The notes: generated from the sequence alone by a model not told the origin. Counted from the stretch's first letter, positions 29,547 through 39,036 are shown. The stretch: DNA of 64,000 nucleotides from Patescibacteria group bacterium (GCA_018971685.1 JAGXAG010000006.1:62-64061); one strand, 5' to 3'. Numbers and translations: made by a program.

Positions 29547-30164
29547 TCATCGCGGCAATTTCATGCCGCCCATTACCGCGTACATGAACGGTTGGGCGTC
29601 GTATCTGTGTATGGGCACCCAATCGAAGTAGATTGTTTTGACGCCGGCTTGCACTTCTTTGTATCCTTCATGTCGATAAAGAAATTTCGGCACCACACAG
29701 ACAAAGAAGTATCTTTGGCGGAAAGTCCTTAGGTGCGGATATGACCGGGTACCTCCGGTGATCACCGGATCACAGCCGATCGCGGCCATCGAGTAACCAC
29801 CTTTCCTGAAGTCGTCATTGAGTTCTTCGGCCAGTGCCCGGTGCGCGGCTTCTTCCGGTTTTTCTCCCGGCATTAATTTTTCGCTGACACTGGTGTCACG
29901 GCGTATTTTTCTTACCCGGCCGTCATTAAAGACTTGCCGGGTTTCGCGGAGGAAGTGCAAAGTCTGATCAGACAACGGATAGTAAACATAAATCGCGGCC
30001 ACCTTGATGCATCTGACCAAAAAGCCGTTTACGAACCGGAATACGGCTTCACCGGCGTTCACTTCCTTGAGCAGGTGCTCGACCTTTTTGGCTTCGCCGC
30101 GTCCCCAAGAATCGATAGGGATGCGGTGTTCCACTAGCAGTTTTTCCAATTGTTCAATGTTCAT
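29547..30164 (-). CDS. NUDIX-like hypothetical protein
   Basis: SEKLMPGEKPEEAAHRALAEEL is a variant Nudix box. Confidence 0.75.
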   Translation of the reverse strand: MNIEQLEKLLVEHRIPIDSWGRGEAKKVEHLLKEVNAGEAVFRFVNGFLVRCIKVAAIYVYYPLSDQTLHFLRETRQVFNDGRVRKIRRDTSVSEKLMPGEKPEEAAHRALAEELNDDFRKGGYSMAAIGCDPVITGGTRSYPHLRTFRQRYFFVCVVPKFLYRHEGYKEVQAGVKTIYFDWVPIHRYDAQPFMYAVMGGMKLPR

Positions 30165-30240
30165 AATTTATCTTACCCTGACACAATTCACGGAAAATAG
30201 CAATATTGGAATTTTCCTCGGGGTTTACTACAATGCAGGC

Positions 30241-32037
30241 ATGGCAATACGCGCCCTAAAGAATCACCACAAGTATATCTTCGTGATCGGCGGAGTGATG
30301 TCGGGCGTGGGCAAAGGCATAGCGACATCATCGATCGGCACGCTGCTTACCGCGAAAGGGTATCGCGTCAATCTGGTCAAAGTCGATCCATACTTGAATG
30401 TTGACGCCGGTACCATGAATCCCACCGAGCACGGCGAGGTTTTCGTATTGAATTCCGGATTGGAGACCGACCAGGATATGGGCAATTACGAAAGATTCCT
30501 CGGCAGGGATTTGACGGCGGACGATTATATTACGAGCGGCATGGTCTATAAGCATGTCATAGAGAAAGAGCGCGCTTTGGAGTTCGGCGGCAAATGCGTG
30601 GAGGCGATCCCGCATATCCGCGATGAAATAGTGCACCGGTTCGAACATTCCGCCAAAGTCAATAAGTCTGACATTTCGATCATCGAGATCGGCGGCACGA
30701 TCGGCGATTACCAGAATGTCATGTTTATCGAAGCCGCGAGGGTGCTTAAGATGCGCCATCCGAACGATGTTTTGTTCATTATGGTTTCGTATCTGCCGAC
30801 GCCGGGCAAACTGGGTGAAATGAAATCGCGGCCGACCCAGAACGCCGCGCGCCAGCTGGCGGGTTACGGCATCAATACCGATTTTATCATCGCGCGCGCG
30901 GAAAGCCCACTCGACCATAAGAGGAAGGAGAAAATCGCGGTCTCTTGCAATATTCCGTGCGAGCGGGTGATATCGGCGCCGGACATAGAGAGCATTTACG
31001 ATGTGCCGGCGAATTTCGAGAAAGATAAGCTCGGCATCTTGCTTCTGGACGCGCTCGGCCTGAAATCAAAAAAGCCGGACAAATCATTCGAGGCTTGGAA
31101 AAGAATGGCGCGGGGGATCAAGAACCATTCGAACCGTGAGGTGAATATTGCGATCGTGGGAAAATATTTCAATACCGGAGATTTTATTTTGTCGGATGCA
31201 TACCTGTCTGTGCTGGAGGCGATCAAATTCTCGGCCTATGAGGCCGGAGTGAAAGCGGTTATCCATACGGTGAATTCGAGGGACTTCGAGGGAAATGATG
31301 TCGGGAGGCCTCTCCCTCCTCGGCGCGACGAAGTGTCTCACATTCGATCCGCCCATCCGACACCCGTTGCCGCCTCGACGGGAGAGGCGCAGGCAGCCGG
31401 TTTCGAGGTACTCGATAAGTATGACGGCATTATAGTGCCGGGCGGATTCGGCGAGTCGGGAATTGAAGGCAAATTGAATGTGATCAAGTACGCACGCGAG
31501 AACAAAATACCGTATTTTGGACTGTGTTACGGCATGCAGCTCATGACTATAGAATATGCCAGGAATGTTTTGGGCCTGAATGAGGCGCATACGGCGGAAA
31601 TAAACCCACGAAGCCCCCATCTTATCATAGATATCATGCCGGACCAGAAGAAAAAACTGGCGGAAGGCAATTACGGCGGATCGATGCGTCTGGGATTGTA
31701 TCCGGCAAAATTGGCGAAAGATACGATCGCGCAAGAAGCGTATTCATATTTCCAAGGCAAGCGGTTGCCGAAGCCGACGGCAATGATCAAAGAGCGGCAC
31801 AGGCATCGTTATGAAGTCAATCCCAAGTACATCGAAAGGCTGGAGAAAGGCGGCTTAGTATTCTCGGGCTGTTCACCTGACGGCCGTTTGATGGAGATCG
31901 CTGAATTACCGCGCGAAGTCCACCCGTTTTTCCTGGGCACGCAATTTCATCCCGAATTTTTGGCGCGGCCTTTGCAACCGCATCCGCTATTCACCGCGTT
32001 TGTAAAAGCGGCAAAGGTCAGGCTCGGCGGCCGATGA
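30241..32037 (+). CDS. pyrG: CTP synthase with an in-frame palindromic insertion
   Basis: GGVMSGVGKG, DPYLNVDAGTM, VPGGFG, GLCYGMQ, ERHRHRYE, QFHPEF. Confidence 0.97.
   Translation: MAIRALKNHHKYIFVIGGVMSGVGKGIATSSIGTLLTAKGYRVNLVKVDPYLNVDAGTMNPTEHGEVFVLNSGLETDQDMGNYERFLGRDLTADDYITSGMVYKHVIEKERALEFGGKCVEAIPHIRDEIVHRFEHSAKVNKSDISIIEIGGTIGDYQNVMFIEAARVLKMRHPNDVLFIMVSYLPTPGKLGEMKSRPTQNAARQLAGYGINTDFIIARAESPLDHKRKEKIAVSCNIPCERVISAPDIESIYDVPANFEKDKLGILLLDALGLKSKKPDKSFEAWKRMARGIKNHSNREVNIAIVGKYFNTGDFILSDAYLSVLEAIKFSAYEAGVKAVIHTVNSRDFEGNDVGRPLPPRRDEVSHIRSAHPTPVAASTGEAQAAGFEVLDKYDGIIVPGGFGESGIEGKLNVIKYARENKIPYFGLCYGMQLMTIEYARNVLGLNEAHTAEINPRSPHLIIDIMPDQKKKLAEGNYGGSMRLGLYPAKLAKDTIAQEAYSYFQGKRLPKPTAMIKERHRHRYEVNPKYIERLEKGGLVFSGCSPDGRLMEIAELPREVHPFFLGTQFHPEFLARPLQPHPLFTAFVKAAKVRLGGR
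31308..31388 (+). repeat. Palindromic element family A, copy 3 (81 bp, in frame in pyrG)
   Basis: Ends GCCTCTCCC/GGGAGAGGC; the first 38 nt are 37/38 identical to the gatC-gatA copy. Confidence 0.88.
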
Positions 32038-32067
32038 CCGCGCGCAACGAAAAAACCGCCTAATTTT

Positions 32068-32613
32068 TCACTTTTTTCCAGTCAACGGAAAGGTCTTCAA
32101 TACTTTCCACGCGCGGTCTTCGCGGTTTTCTTTTACGAATACGGTAAGATTGTCGAATGAAATTTCAAATTTTGGCGCGGGCGCGGATTGCAGGTGTTTC
32201 CATACAGCTTCGAATTGCTGCGGTTTCAAAAATCGCGCGACGGACATATGGATATGCGGATCAATCTCTTGCGGTGTCAAATTCAGGCCGATATTGCGCA
32301 ATTTGGACTGAGCCTTCTTTATAAAGGATTTGAGTTCGGCCGGCGGCTCTGGCGCGTCGACGAATATTGTGCGCGAATGGAAGCTGTTCCAACCGGAGAG
32401 AGCGAGCGGTATCGCCGGCGCCTCGGCGGCCGATGAAAGAATCTCATCAATGGCGTCGGCGTTCGGCTGGTCAAAAGGAGATTTTACGGTTATGTGCGGC
32501 GGCACGATGGCCGACACATCTTCCACGCCAAATCTGGCCGAAAGATCGGCACAAGTGGCCTTATAATATTCCGCCGCTTCGCCCCTGATGATGTTTCCGA
32601 CGAAAAAACGCAT
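32068..32613 (-). CDS. 2H phosphoesterase (2'-5' RNA ligase family)
   Basis: PHITV and PHIHMSV (two H-x-T/S-like motifs). Confidence 0.8.
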   Translation of the reverse strand: MRFFVGNIIRGEAAEYYKATCADLSARFGVEDVSAIVPPHITVKSPFDQPNADAIDEILSSAAEAPAIPLALSGWNSFHSRTIFVDAPEPPAELKSFIKKAQSKLRNIGLNLTPQEIDPHIHMSVARFLKPQQFEAVWKHLQSAPAPKFEISFDNLTVFVKENREDRAWKVLKTFPLTGKK

Positions 32614-32730
32614 ATGAAAGCATCCTAGCATATAGGCTGCGCGGTTGCCAAGAAGCCGGAAAATTGGTAGTTTTATAGGCGGACTTCACAGGAAAAATCA
32701 ACAGGCTGTCTGGCCTAGAAAGGAGATGAC

Positions 32731-33228
32731 TTGAAAAAGCTGCTTCTGTTTTCTTGGCCGATTGTGGCCGAGAAATTGTTCGCTGGCCCGATGTATTACC
32801 TCGGGTTCCCGCTCACATTCCATGAATTGGGACCATGGTACGGCTACGCGGCGATCACTGTAGTTGTGTGGTTGCTGTCGGTGACATTCATGATCGCTTA
32901 CGATCGGAAAAGCATCGATTTTCTCAAGGTGCGTGATGCGAGAGAAGCTGCCGCGAATTTTGCCTGCCGTTTCACCAAAAGATTTTTCGGTCGCGATTAC
33001 TTGAAGCATGCCGATTTTATCGTCACGCTGATCGTAATGTGGCAGTTTTTCCCGCCATACTCGATCCTGGCACGCAGGGAAAAAGGGAGATGGGGGATCA
33101 CATACAGGGAACTTTTACTATTGACGGCCGTCACCCTGATCTCGAACGCGTATTGGACATTGGTGGCCTATTCCGAGATGTTCTCGGTCTCGGGCCTGTG
33201 GCACCTTGTAAAGAGGTTAGTTTCGTAG
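32731..33228 (+). CDS. Hypothetical membrane protein
   Basis: AAAGGAG RBS and several TM segments. Confidence 0.65.
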   Translation: MKKLLLFSWPIVAEKLFAGPMYYLGFPLTFHELGPWYGYAAITVVVWLLSVTFMIAYDRKSIDFLKVRDAREAAANFACRFTKRFFGRDYLKHADFIVTLIVMWQFFPPYSILARREKGRWGITYRELLLLTAVTLISNAYWTLVAYSEMFSVSGLWHLVKRLVS

Positions 33229-33273
33229 CATCGCTTCTCTATATGATAACAAGTGGAAAAGAAGCGATTTTAT

Positions 33274-33344
33274 TGCGGGATCATCTAGTGGTAGGATGCG
33301 ACTCTCTGAAAGTCGTCACCTTGGTTCGAATCCAAGTCCCGCAG
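33274..33344 (+). tRNA. tRNA-Gln (CTG)
   Basis: CGACT-CT-CTG-AA-AGTCG. Confidence 0.93.
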
Positions 33345-33917
33345 CATTCTAGGATTTTTGGAATAAATTTCTCCAGAATCCTTTATGGTTCCTTGCTTTT
33401 TGCTCAGTTCTAACATTTCAGAAATGAGCCAAAGCTCGTCATGGATGTTTTCGAGCGGTAGAAGCAAATCGTCCAATGAAATTCTAAGTTTTCCGCGATC
33501 GAGCAAGTAGTTCGAACCTATTCCGGTGAAGACCTCTTTCTTCATGTCTGCATTATTAGAAGACACAGCCTTCTTCATGACCCGGACGGCCTTCTCAGCA
33601 AAGTTGAACCCACGCTCGGCAATATCAAGCCAATTCTCGACTCTTTTATCGACATCTTTGAGTAAGGTAAACAGCCTTTCTTTCTCCTGGGTAAGCTCAA
33701 TTTTCTTCCTCTTGAATTCTTCCTCACTAATCTCGCTGTCAGCACGCATATCAATGAGCTTGTCGATCTTGCGCAGGCAGGCGTCATAATCTTTCTGCTG
33801 TTTGCCGAATATGCGGTCACGGTCCTCAATTTCTCTGTGATTAAGCTCCTTGAGAGTAGTCATGGCCCATTTCTTGAAATCTTCAGGGATCTCAAATTTG
33901 GCTACGATTTTATTGAT
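33285..33917 (-). pseudogene. C-terminal remnant of a large serine recombinase, ending antisense within tRNA-Gln
   Basis: IPEDFKKWA, coiled coil LIDM...EISEEEFKRKK..L, K.E....IGSNY.L, ending MLRDLDSNQ in the tRNA T-arm. Catalytic N-terminus absent (in-frame stop at about 33920). Confidence 0.7.
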
Positions 33918-34207
33918 CTATCCATGGTAATAGTAATTTCTTCCAATCTACACTTTTTCAGAAAAAAAGAAATAGTGATGCGGACCGTGGGGTAGAGGTT
34001 AAGCTTGGAAATATGGCTTAGAATCGAACATGCGTGAATTTGCCGAATTTTGCCTCACACGGCCGAGAAGAAATCCGTAGCCGTAACGTTGGGCCATTCG
34101 GTTTGGAAAATGGCACACCGGGGCGAACAGGTGGCAAGAATGGTGTGAAGAATCCGAGGAGAGACCTGGGACCGAGCAATAGAGCCGTATAATGGTCTGG
34201 ACAGCGC

Positions 34208-34237
34208 TTGACTTTTGTTATGTAATTATGCTATAAT
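34208..34237 (+). promoter_or_regulatory. Strong sigma70 promoter heading the cassette-like array
   Basis: TTGACT-18 nt-TATAAT with extended -10 TG. Confidence 0.75.
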
Positions 34238-34374
34238 ATACAACGTAAGCACTACGAAAAACCGTGCTGAACCGCACAGGAATCTTTCTCGGATTCCTAT
34301 CATATGCCTCTAGAGTGTTTCTGGAGAAATGATTCCAATTATGGAGCGTGGTAAATCTCTGAAAGGAGATAAAA

Positions 34375-34986
34375 ATGAGAGAGTACATTGTTAACCTTAC
34401 GAATAACCTCATTGGCGAACACCAGTTCGACTCGATGATGGCCAACCTGACTAACGAGGGCGAGTTTATATTGCAAGCTTCTCGTGAGTTGTTGGTTCAG
34501 AATGTTTCGCGCATGTCCCCCGAAACTCTCGGTAGGATTCTGTGCGAACTGGATGGCGATGATATCAAGCCCGGGGTGCATTTCGAGCTTTCGGTTAACG
34601 AGAAGTGCGAGCGTTCGATACGCATTCTCGTTTCCGGATTGCTCGCACAGAGCATCTACAACCGTCTTTCGGGCAGAATCCCTTGCGGATACACCCGTCG
34701 CGGCACTGTCAGCCCGGAATTCAAGGCACTCATCGGCCAATTCGTTCAGCGCCGTCAGGATTATCTGGCCGGACTCAAATCCGGATCGTCCATGCTTAAG
34801 ATCACTTACCAGGGCAAGCAATTGACCTGCGTATATCTGAGGCATACCCAGGACACAGTTACGGTCCAGACGACGAAAGAGATCGTAGATCACCTGTTCA
34901 ACAATGGCACGCTGTGCCTCTCTGGTCCCTTCACTGACATGGCAGTTAAGTTCAAGTTGAACGAGGTCCAGATCGCCAATGGTTAG
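34375..34986 (+). CDS. Hypothetical protein (array gene 1)
   Basis: AAGGAG RBS, 203 aa. Confidence 0.75.
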   Translation: MREYIVNLTNNLIGEHQFDSMMANLTNEGEFILQASRELLVQNVSRMSPETLGRILCELDGDDIKPGVHFELSVNEKCERSIRILVSGLLAQSIYNRLSGRIPCGYTRRGTVSPEFKALIGQFVQRRQDYLAGLKSGSSMLKITYQGKQLTCVYLRHTQDTVTVQTTKEIVDHLFNNGTLCLSGPFTDMAVKFKLNEVQIANG

Positions 34987-35013
34987 TCACTTTCGAGATT
35001 GAATGCAATCTCG

Positions 35014-35090
35014 GCCTCACAGAAATGTGGGGCACTCTAATGGATTCACGACACGGCGTCGCGGATCCTGAAAGTTTCAGTTCTTTAAAC
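35014..35090 (+). repeat. Array spacer element, copy 1
   Basis: GCCTCACA/TGTGGGGC hairpin, then ACTCTAAT-GGATTCACGAC..GTCGCGGATCC-TGAAAGT, then AGTTCTTTAAA. Confidence 0.85.
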
Positions 35091-35112
35091 CAAAATACGG
35101 AAGGAGTAGTGA

Positions 35113-35706
35113 ATGAATTCGAATCAAGTTCTGATCTGGCTGAGCAGCCTCATTGCGCTGCTCCTGTACTATCCACTGATCTCCGGAATCCTCAAGGGCG
35201 AAATTAAGCAAAGTGTCGCCACATGGATCCTCTGGGTTTCTCTGGATACGATTGCCCTCGTCAGCATCATCATGCAAAAAGGCAACTATCTGCTTCTGGT
35301 GTTCTACTGCACCTGCGGCACTATAGTCACCTTATCCCTCGTTTACAAGCGACTGTTCAGTTGGACAAGATTCGAGAGCTTTGTTCTCGGACTTGTTGTC
35401 ATCTGTCTTGTTGTTTGGGGCTTGAGTGGATCGAGGTGGGCTACAATCGCAAGCACTATCGCCGTGTGCATTTCCGGTGCTCCGCAGATCCGTGATTCAT
35501 GGCGGACACCTGATCGGACTACCGGATTGATCTACATGGGATACGTTCTCGCGAATAGCCTCTCCTTTTTCGGAGGCAAGACGTGGACGATCGAAGAGAG
35601 ATTCTATCCGGGAATGATGGCGCTTCTTTGTCTGACGATTGCTACGGCGTCGTTCAGGAAGAAAGACCAGAAGTCTCCGGTGATCTCCGTAACCGCGCCG
35701 CTTTGA
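35113..35706 (+). CDS. Multi-pass membrane protein, PQ-loop-like (array gene 2)
   Basis: About 7 TM helices, TWILW, APQIRDSW..P; AAGGAG RBS. Confidence 0.8.
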   Translation: MNSNQVLIWLSSLIALLLYYPLISGILKGEIKQSVATWILWVSLDTIALVSIIMQKGNYLLLVFYCTCGTIVTLSLVYKRLFSWTRFESFVLGLVVICLVVWGLSGSRWATIASTIAVCISGAPQIRDSWRTPDRTTGLIYMGYVLANSLSFFGGKTWTIEERFYPGMMALLCLTIATASFRKKDQKSPVISVTAPL

Positions 35707-35720
35707 AAAACGCGCAACCC

Positions 35721-35810
35721 GGGTAATATGTTAGCGGCATATTACCCATTCAACTGGATTCATGATGGTTAGTCATGATCGTGGATCCTGAGAGTTATAG
35801 TTCCTTCAAA
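35721..35810 (+). repeat. Array spacer element, copy 2
   Basis: GGGTAATATG/CATATTACCC, then ATTCAACT-GGATTCATGAT..ATCGTGGATCC-TGAGAGT, then AGTTCCTTCAAA. Confidence 0.85.
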
Positions 35811-35829
35811 CATCGAACCCCTTAATCGT

Positions 35830-36174
35830 ATGGACGAATATGATGCAGTAAGAGCTGCGTCCGATTGGGGCTATAGGTTGGCTGACGCACACAAGTCGCA
35901 GGCTCGAATGTGTTCTGACACTCAACGCACGGAGGCGTGCCGGGAATCAGCATATGTTTCGATGTCTGGATCCTATGTAAGGATGGCTAAAATGGTTGTC
36001 GGGTTTACCAAAAGCGCTCCATATTCAAGTGCTACCGATGCGACTTTGGCGGTTATCTGCCAATGTCCAGGGTGCAAGGAGTTGTATTGGTACCACATCA
36101 ACAAGGAAGCCGTCCAAGCATTTGTGTTGCATTGCCCATCGTGGCCGCCGGAGCAGAAAGATAAGTTTAAGTGA
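35830..36174 (+). CDS. Small Cys-rich hypothetical protein (array gene 3)
   Basis: CQCPGCKELYWYH, a possible zinc-binding motif. Confidence 0.7.
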   Translation: MDEYDAVRAASDWGYRLADAHKSQARMCSDTQRTEACRESAYVSMSGSYVRMAKMVVGFTKSAPYSSATDATLAVICQCPGCKELYWYHINKEAVQAFVLHCPSWPPEQKDKFK

Positions 36175-36180
36175 TGTTTA

Positions 36181-36254
36181 GGGGCAAGGTTCTATTCCTT
36201 GCCCCACTCAATTGAGTCTACGACTGAAGTCGCGGATTCATAGAGTTCTTTGAG
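36181..36254 (+). repeat. Array spacer element, copy 3
   Basis: GGGGCAAGG/CCTTGCCCC, then ACTCAAT-TGAGTCTACGAC..GTCGCGGATTCA-TAGAGTTCTTTGA. Confidence 0.85.
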
Positions 36255-36272
36255 TCGACAATTCAACCAGGA

Positions 36273-36578
36273 GTGAAAATGAATATTGAAATGCATGGAC
36301 TGCCGGATGATGAAGGCATTGTGTCCAACGTTGGCGAGGCAATCTGGCGTCAGCTCATTGTTACGCTGCCGGCGGCAGAATCGCGAGAATGTGCGGTGAC
36401 GAACGTCCCCTCACATTCGTTCAACCACGAGGGTATGCGTGTGCCGTTCCTGCGAATTTATTCTGACAAGAAGGCTGATTTCGCAACGGCTCGCAAACTG
36501 CTCAAACCTATCCGCTTGCCGGGCACGCAAAAGAAATTTGTCGAATGTGTGCTCCTCGCAGATTGCTGGGAAGAATGA
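36273..36578 (+). CDS. Hypothetical protein (array gene 4)
   Basis: AGGAG RBS, about 100 aa. Confidence 0.7.
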   Translation: MKMNIEMHGLPDDEGIVSNVGEAIWRQLIVTLPAAESRECAVTNVPSHSFNHEGMRVPFLRIYSDKKADFATARKLLKPIRLPGTQKKFVECVLLADCWEE

Positions 36579-36585
36579 GTGTACA

Positions 36586-36667
36586 GGAGCAAGGTCCAAT
36601 CCCTTGCTCCACTCAATTGGATTTACGATCATGACGATCGCGAATCCTGAGAGTTCAGTTCTTTAAA
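36586..36667 (+). repeat. Array spacer element, copy 4
   Basis: GGAGCAAGG/CCTTGCTCC, then ACTCAATT-GGATTTACGATC..GATCGCGAATCC-TGAGAGT, then AGTTCTTTAAA. Confidence 0.85.
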
Positions 36668-36711
36668 TACGGTTTTAATTAGGTGTACCGAAACAATACA
36701 CCAGTTTAGGA

Positions 36712-37134
36712 GTGAATATGAAAACGGTGAAAATCTTCGTGCATGTTTCAAGTTCAGGCGCACGCTCATATTTCCCTCAGGATAAAAACGTAGGGAGATT
36801 GTGTGAGCAAGACGGTCTTCAGTTCATGCCGAAAAAGCCGCGTGGACAATGGGGAGTGATCTCCTTCAGCGAGGCCAGGCGTCGAGACAAGAAGGCTGAG
36901 GCCAAAGTGGGTGAAAATGGCTTCAAGATCATCCGGCATATTGCCGAGAATCCATGTGGCAAACACCTGGTCAACGGTCGGATTGTGAGCTGTCGCCAGA
37001 TTACGGCCGAATTCACCAATCGTCTATCAGCGAGTCGCGTCGACAAACTCGTAACGGATGCTATCGGGACCGCACTTGGTGTTCACACGGAAATCGTTCA
37101 TGTGAGCTCGCTCGCTGAAATGAAATTCGTGTAA
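36712..37134 (+). CDS. Hypothetical protein (array gene 5)
   Basis: AGGAG RBS, about 140 aa. Confidence 0.7.
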   Translation: MNMKTVKIFVHVSSSGARSYFPQDKNVGRLCEQDGLQFMPKKPRGQWGVISFSEARRRDKKAEAKVGENGFKIIRHIAENPCGKHLVNGRIVSCRQITAEFTNRLSASRVDKLVTDAIGTALGVHTEIVHVSSLAEMKFV

Positions 37135-37149
37135 ATTCTGTTTCTTTCA

Positions 37150-37179
37150 AAGGGCCTCGCTAACGGCGCGGCTCTTTTT
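37150..37179 (+). terminator. Intrinsic terminator closing the array
   Basis: AGGGCCTCGC-TAACG-GCGCGGCTCT followed by TTTT. Confidence 0.6.
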
Positions 37180-37195
37180 GTTGTATACTAAAATC

Positions 37196-38584
37196 ATGAA
37201 AAAAGTTAATTTCACTAAGCTCAAAGACCGGCCGAAGATTGAAGATAGGCTTTTTCATAGCAAAGTCATTGAAAGTGTAATTCGAGAAAAAAGAGATTTA
37301 ATAAAAGACCCTGAGCTGTCGAAGATGTTCAACCAATGTTTTCCGAGCACTCTGGATACAACGGTCTATTATCGAGAGGATAATGAAAGTAATCCGGATA
37401 CATTTATTGCAACTGGAGATATTGCGGCCATGTGGCTTAGAGATTCAACCAATCAGGTTTGGCCATATTTGAAATATATCAAAGAAGACGACGATTTGAA
37501 GAAGATGATTCAAGGATTAATATATCGCCAAGCCCGTTGTCTACTTATTGATCCATACGCAAATTCGTTTGAAGATCTGTCAGCCAAACATCCCGTAAAA
37601 AATCCATGGTGGCCACACGGTAAGCATTGGAAAAAAGGAGTTTGGGAAAGAAAATTTGAAATAGACAGCATTGCAGCATTTTTTAGATTGTCTGCAGGCT
37701 ATTTTTCAACAACAAACGATAAGGCTCCTTTTAATTCCTCATGGGTGTCTGCAGTTAAATCTTGTTTGGAAATCATAAGAAAGGAACAAGAGACATTGAA
37801 TAAGTCGGGGGTGAAGGATTTGTTTCGATTTATCATGGCAACTGGTAAGACATTTCCATCTGTTCGACTTTCTGGATATGGTTATCCTGGAAAAAAGTGC
37901 GGATTAGTCAGAAATATTTTTAGACCATCCGATGATGAAGCAGTATTTCCATACTCGATACCATCAAATGCGATGCTTGTAGTTACAATGCGCAATATTG
38001 TTCCAATTCTCAAGGGGCTGGACAATAACTTAGCAGATTCGATCTTGAAGCTAGCGGACGAAATTGATAGTGGCATAAAGAAATATGGCATCGTGAAGCA
38101 TCCAGAGTTTGGAAATATTTATGCATACGAAGTTGACGGCTTTGGCTCTGTCTGTCTCATGGACGATCCGAACGTTCCAAGCCTTCTAAGCCTGCCATAT
38201 CTTGGATATTGTTCGATCGACGATCCTGTATATGTCGCAACTCGCAAATTTATATTTAGTGAGTGGAATCCATTTTATGCAAAAGGGGAAGCAGTATCTG
38301 GGCTTACAAGCCCTCACACAGGAGTTGTGGATCACTTTTGGCCAATGGCCACAATTATCCAAGCCCTTACATCGAGAGATGAGTCAGAAATAATTTCCTG
38401 TCTTAAAGATTTAAAGGAAACTCATGCTGGAACCCATTTTATTCATGAGAGCGTTAATGTCGATGCTCCGCAAAAATTTACTCGGCCATGGTTCGGATGG
38501 GCCAACTCATTATTCGGTGAGCTTATACTCAATGTTCTAGACAATCATCCAACGGCATTAAATTACAATGAACGAGTACTATAA
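37196..38584 (+). CDS. Glycoside hydrolase family 125 (exo-alpha-1,6-mannosidase-like)
   Basis: [54 protein letters not shown]. Confidence 0.92.
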   Translation: MKKVNFTKLKDRPKIEDRLFHSKVIESVIREKRDLIKDPELSKMFNQCFPSTLDTTVYYREDNESNPDTFIATGDIAAMWLRDSTNQVWPYLKYIKEDDDLKKMIQGLIYRQARCLLIDPYANSFEDLSAKHPVKNPWWPHGKHWKKGVWERKFEIDSIAAFFRLSAGYFSTTNDKAPFNSSWVSAVKSCLEIIRKEQETLNKSGVKDLFRFIMATGKTFPSVRLSGYGYPGKKCGLVRNIFRPSDDEAVFPYSIPSNAMLVVTMRNIVPILKGLDNNLADSILKLADEIDSGIKKYGIVKHPEFGNIYAYEVDGFGSVCLMDDPNVPSLLSLPYLGYCSIDDPVYVATRKFIFSEWNPFYAKGEAVSGLTSPHTGVVDHFWPMATIIQALTSRDESEIISCLKDLKETHAGTHFIHESVNVDAPQKFTRPWFGWANSLFGELILNVLDNHPTALNYNERVL

Positions 38585-39035
38585 AAATCTGCCAAAAAAG
38601 AGAATGGGTGCTGGAGCTCTCTTTTTGAATGATGATGAGGAAGTGTTGATCGTAAAACCGAGCTATAAGGACCACTGGTCAATTCCAGGTGGAACAGTGG
38701 ATGATAACGAATCTCCGAAAGCTGCCTGCATCCGCGAGATAAAGGAGGAGATCAATCTAGATGCAAGCCACGTTACTTTTCTGTGTGTTGATTATTCTCC
38801 CCGAGAAAGCGACGAAAAGAACGAGTCTCTACGGTTTATCTTTTATGCCGGAGTTCTTACAGATTCAGAAATTTCCAATATTAAGCTCGACAATAAGGAG
38901 TTAGTCGAATTTCGGTTTGCCCCAGTTTCCGAAGCTGAAAAATTGCTAGGTCATAAACTGGCACGACGTTTACCGAAGTGCATGGATGCCATAAAGACCG
39001 GTACCTCGATATACCTCGAGAACGGAAATTTTTGA
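38568..39035 (+). CDS. NUDIX hydrolase
   Basis: [22 protein letters not shown]. Confidence 0.92.
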   Translation: MNEYYKNLPKKRMGAGALFLNDDEEVLIVKPSYKDHWSIPGGTVDDNESPKAACIREIKEEINLDASHVTFLCVDYSPRESDEKNESLRFIFYAGVLTDSEISNIKLDNKELVEFRFAPVSEAEKLLGHKLARRLPKCMDAIKTGTSIYLENGNF

Positions 39036-39036
39036 T

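Noticed and set aside
30004-30240. N-terminal extension of PyrG in the ORF track
   Set aside because: It overlaps the divergent NUDIX-like gene; family similarity begins near ATG 30241.
35014-36667. CRISPR array or canonical integron attC sites
   Set aside because: The spacers are whole genes of 300-600 bp, the repeats are diverged, and no cas or intI gene is present. Only copy 2 has RYYYAAC and none has a proper GTTRRRY.
35034-36667. Hammerhead ribozyme (CTGA motif in the repeats)
   Set aside because: No CUGANGA plus GAAA core and no three-stem junction; copy 3 lacks CTGA at that position.
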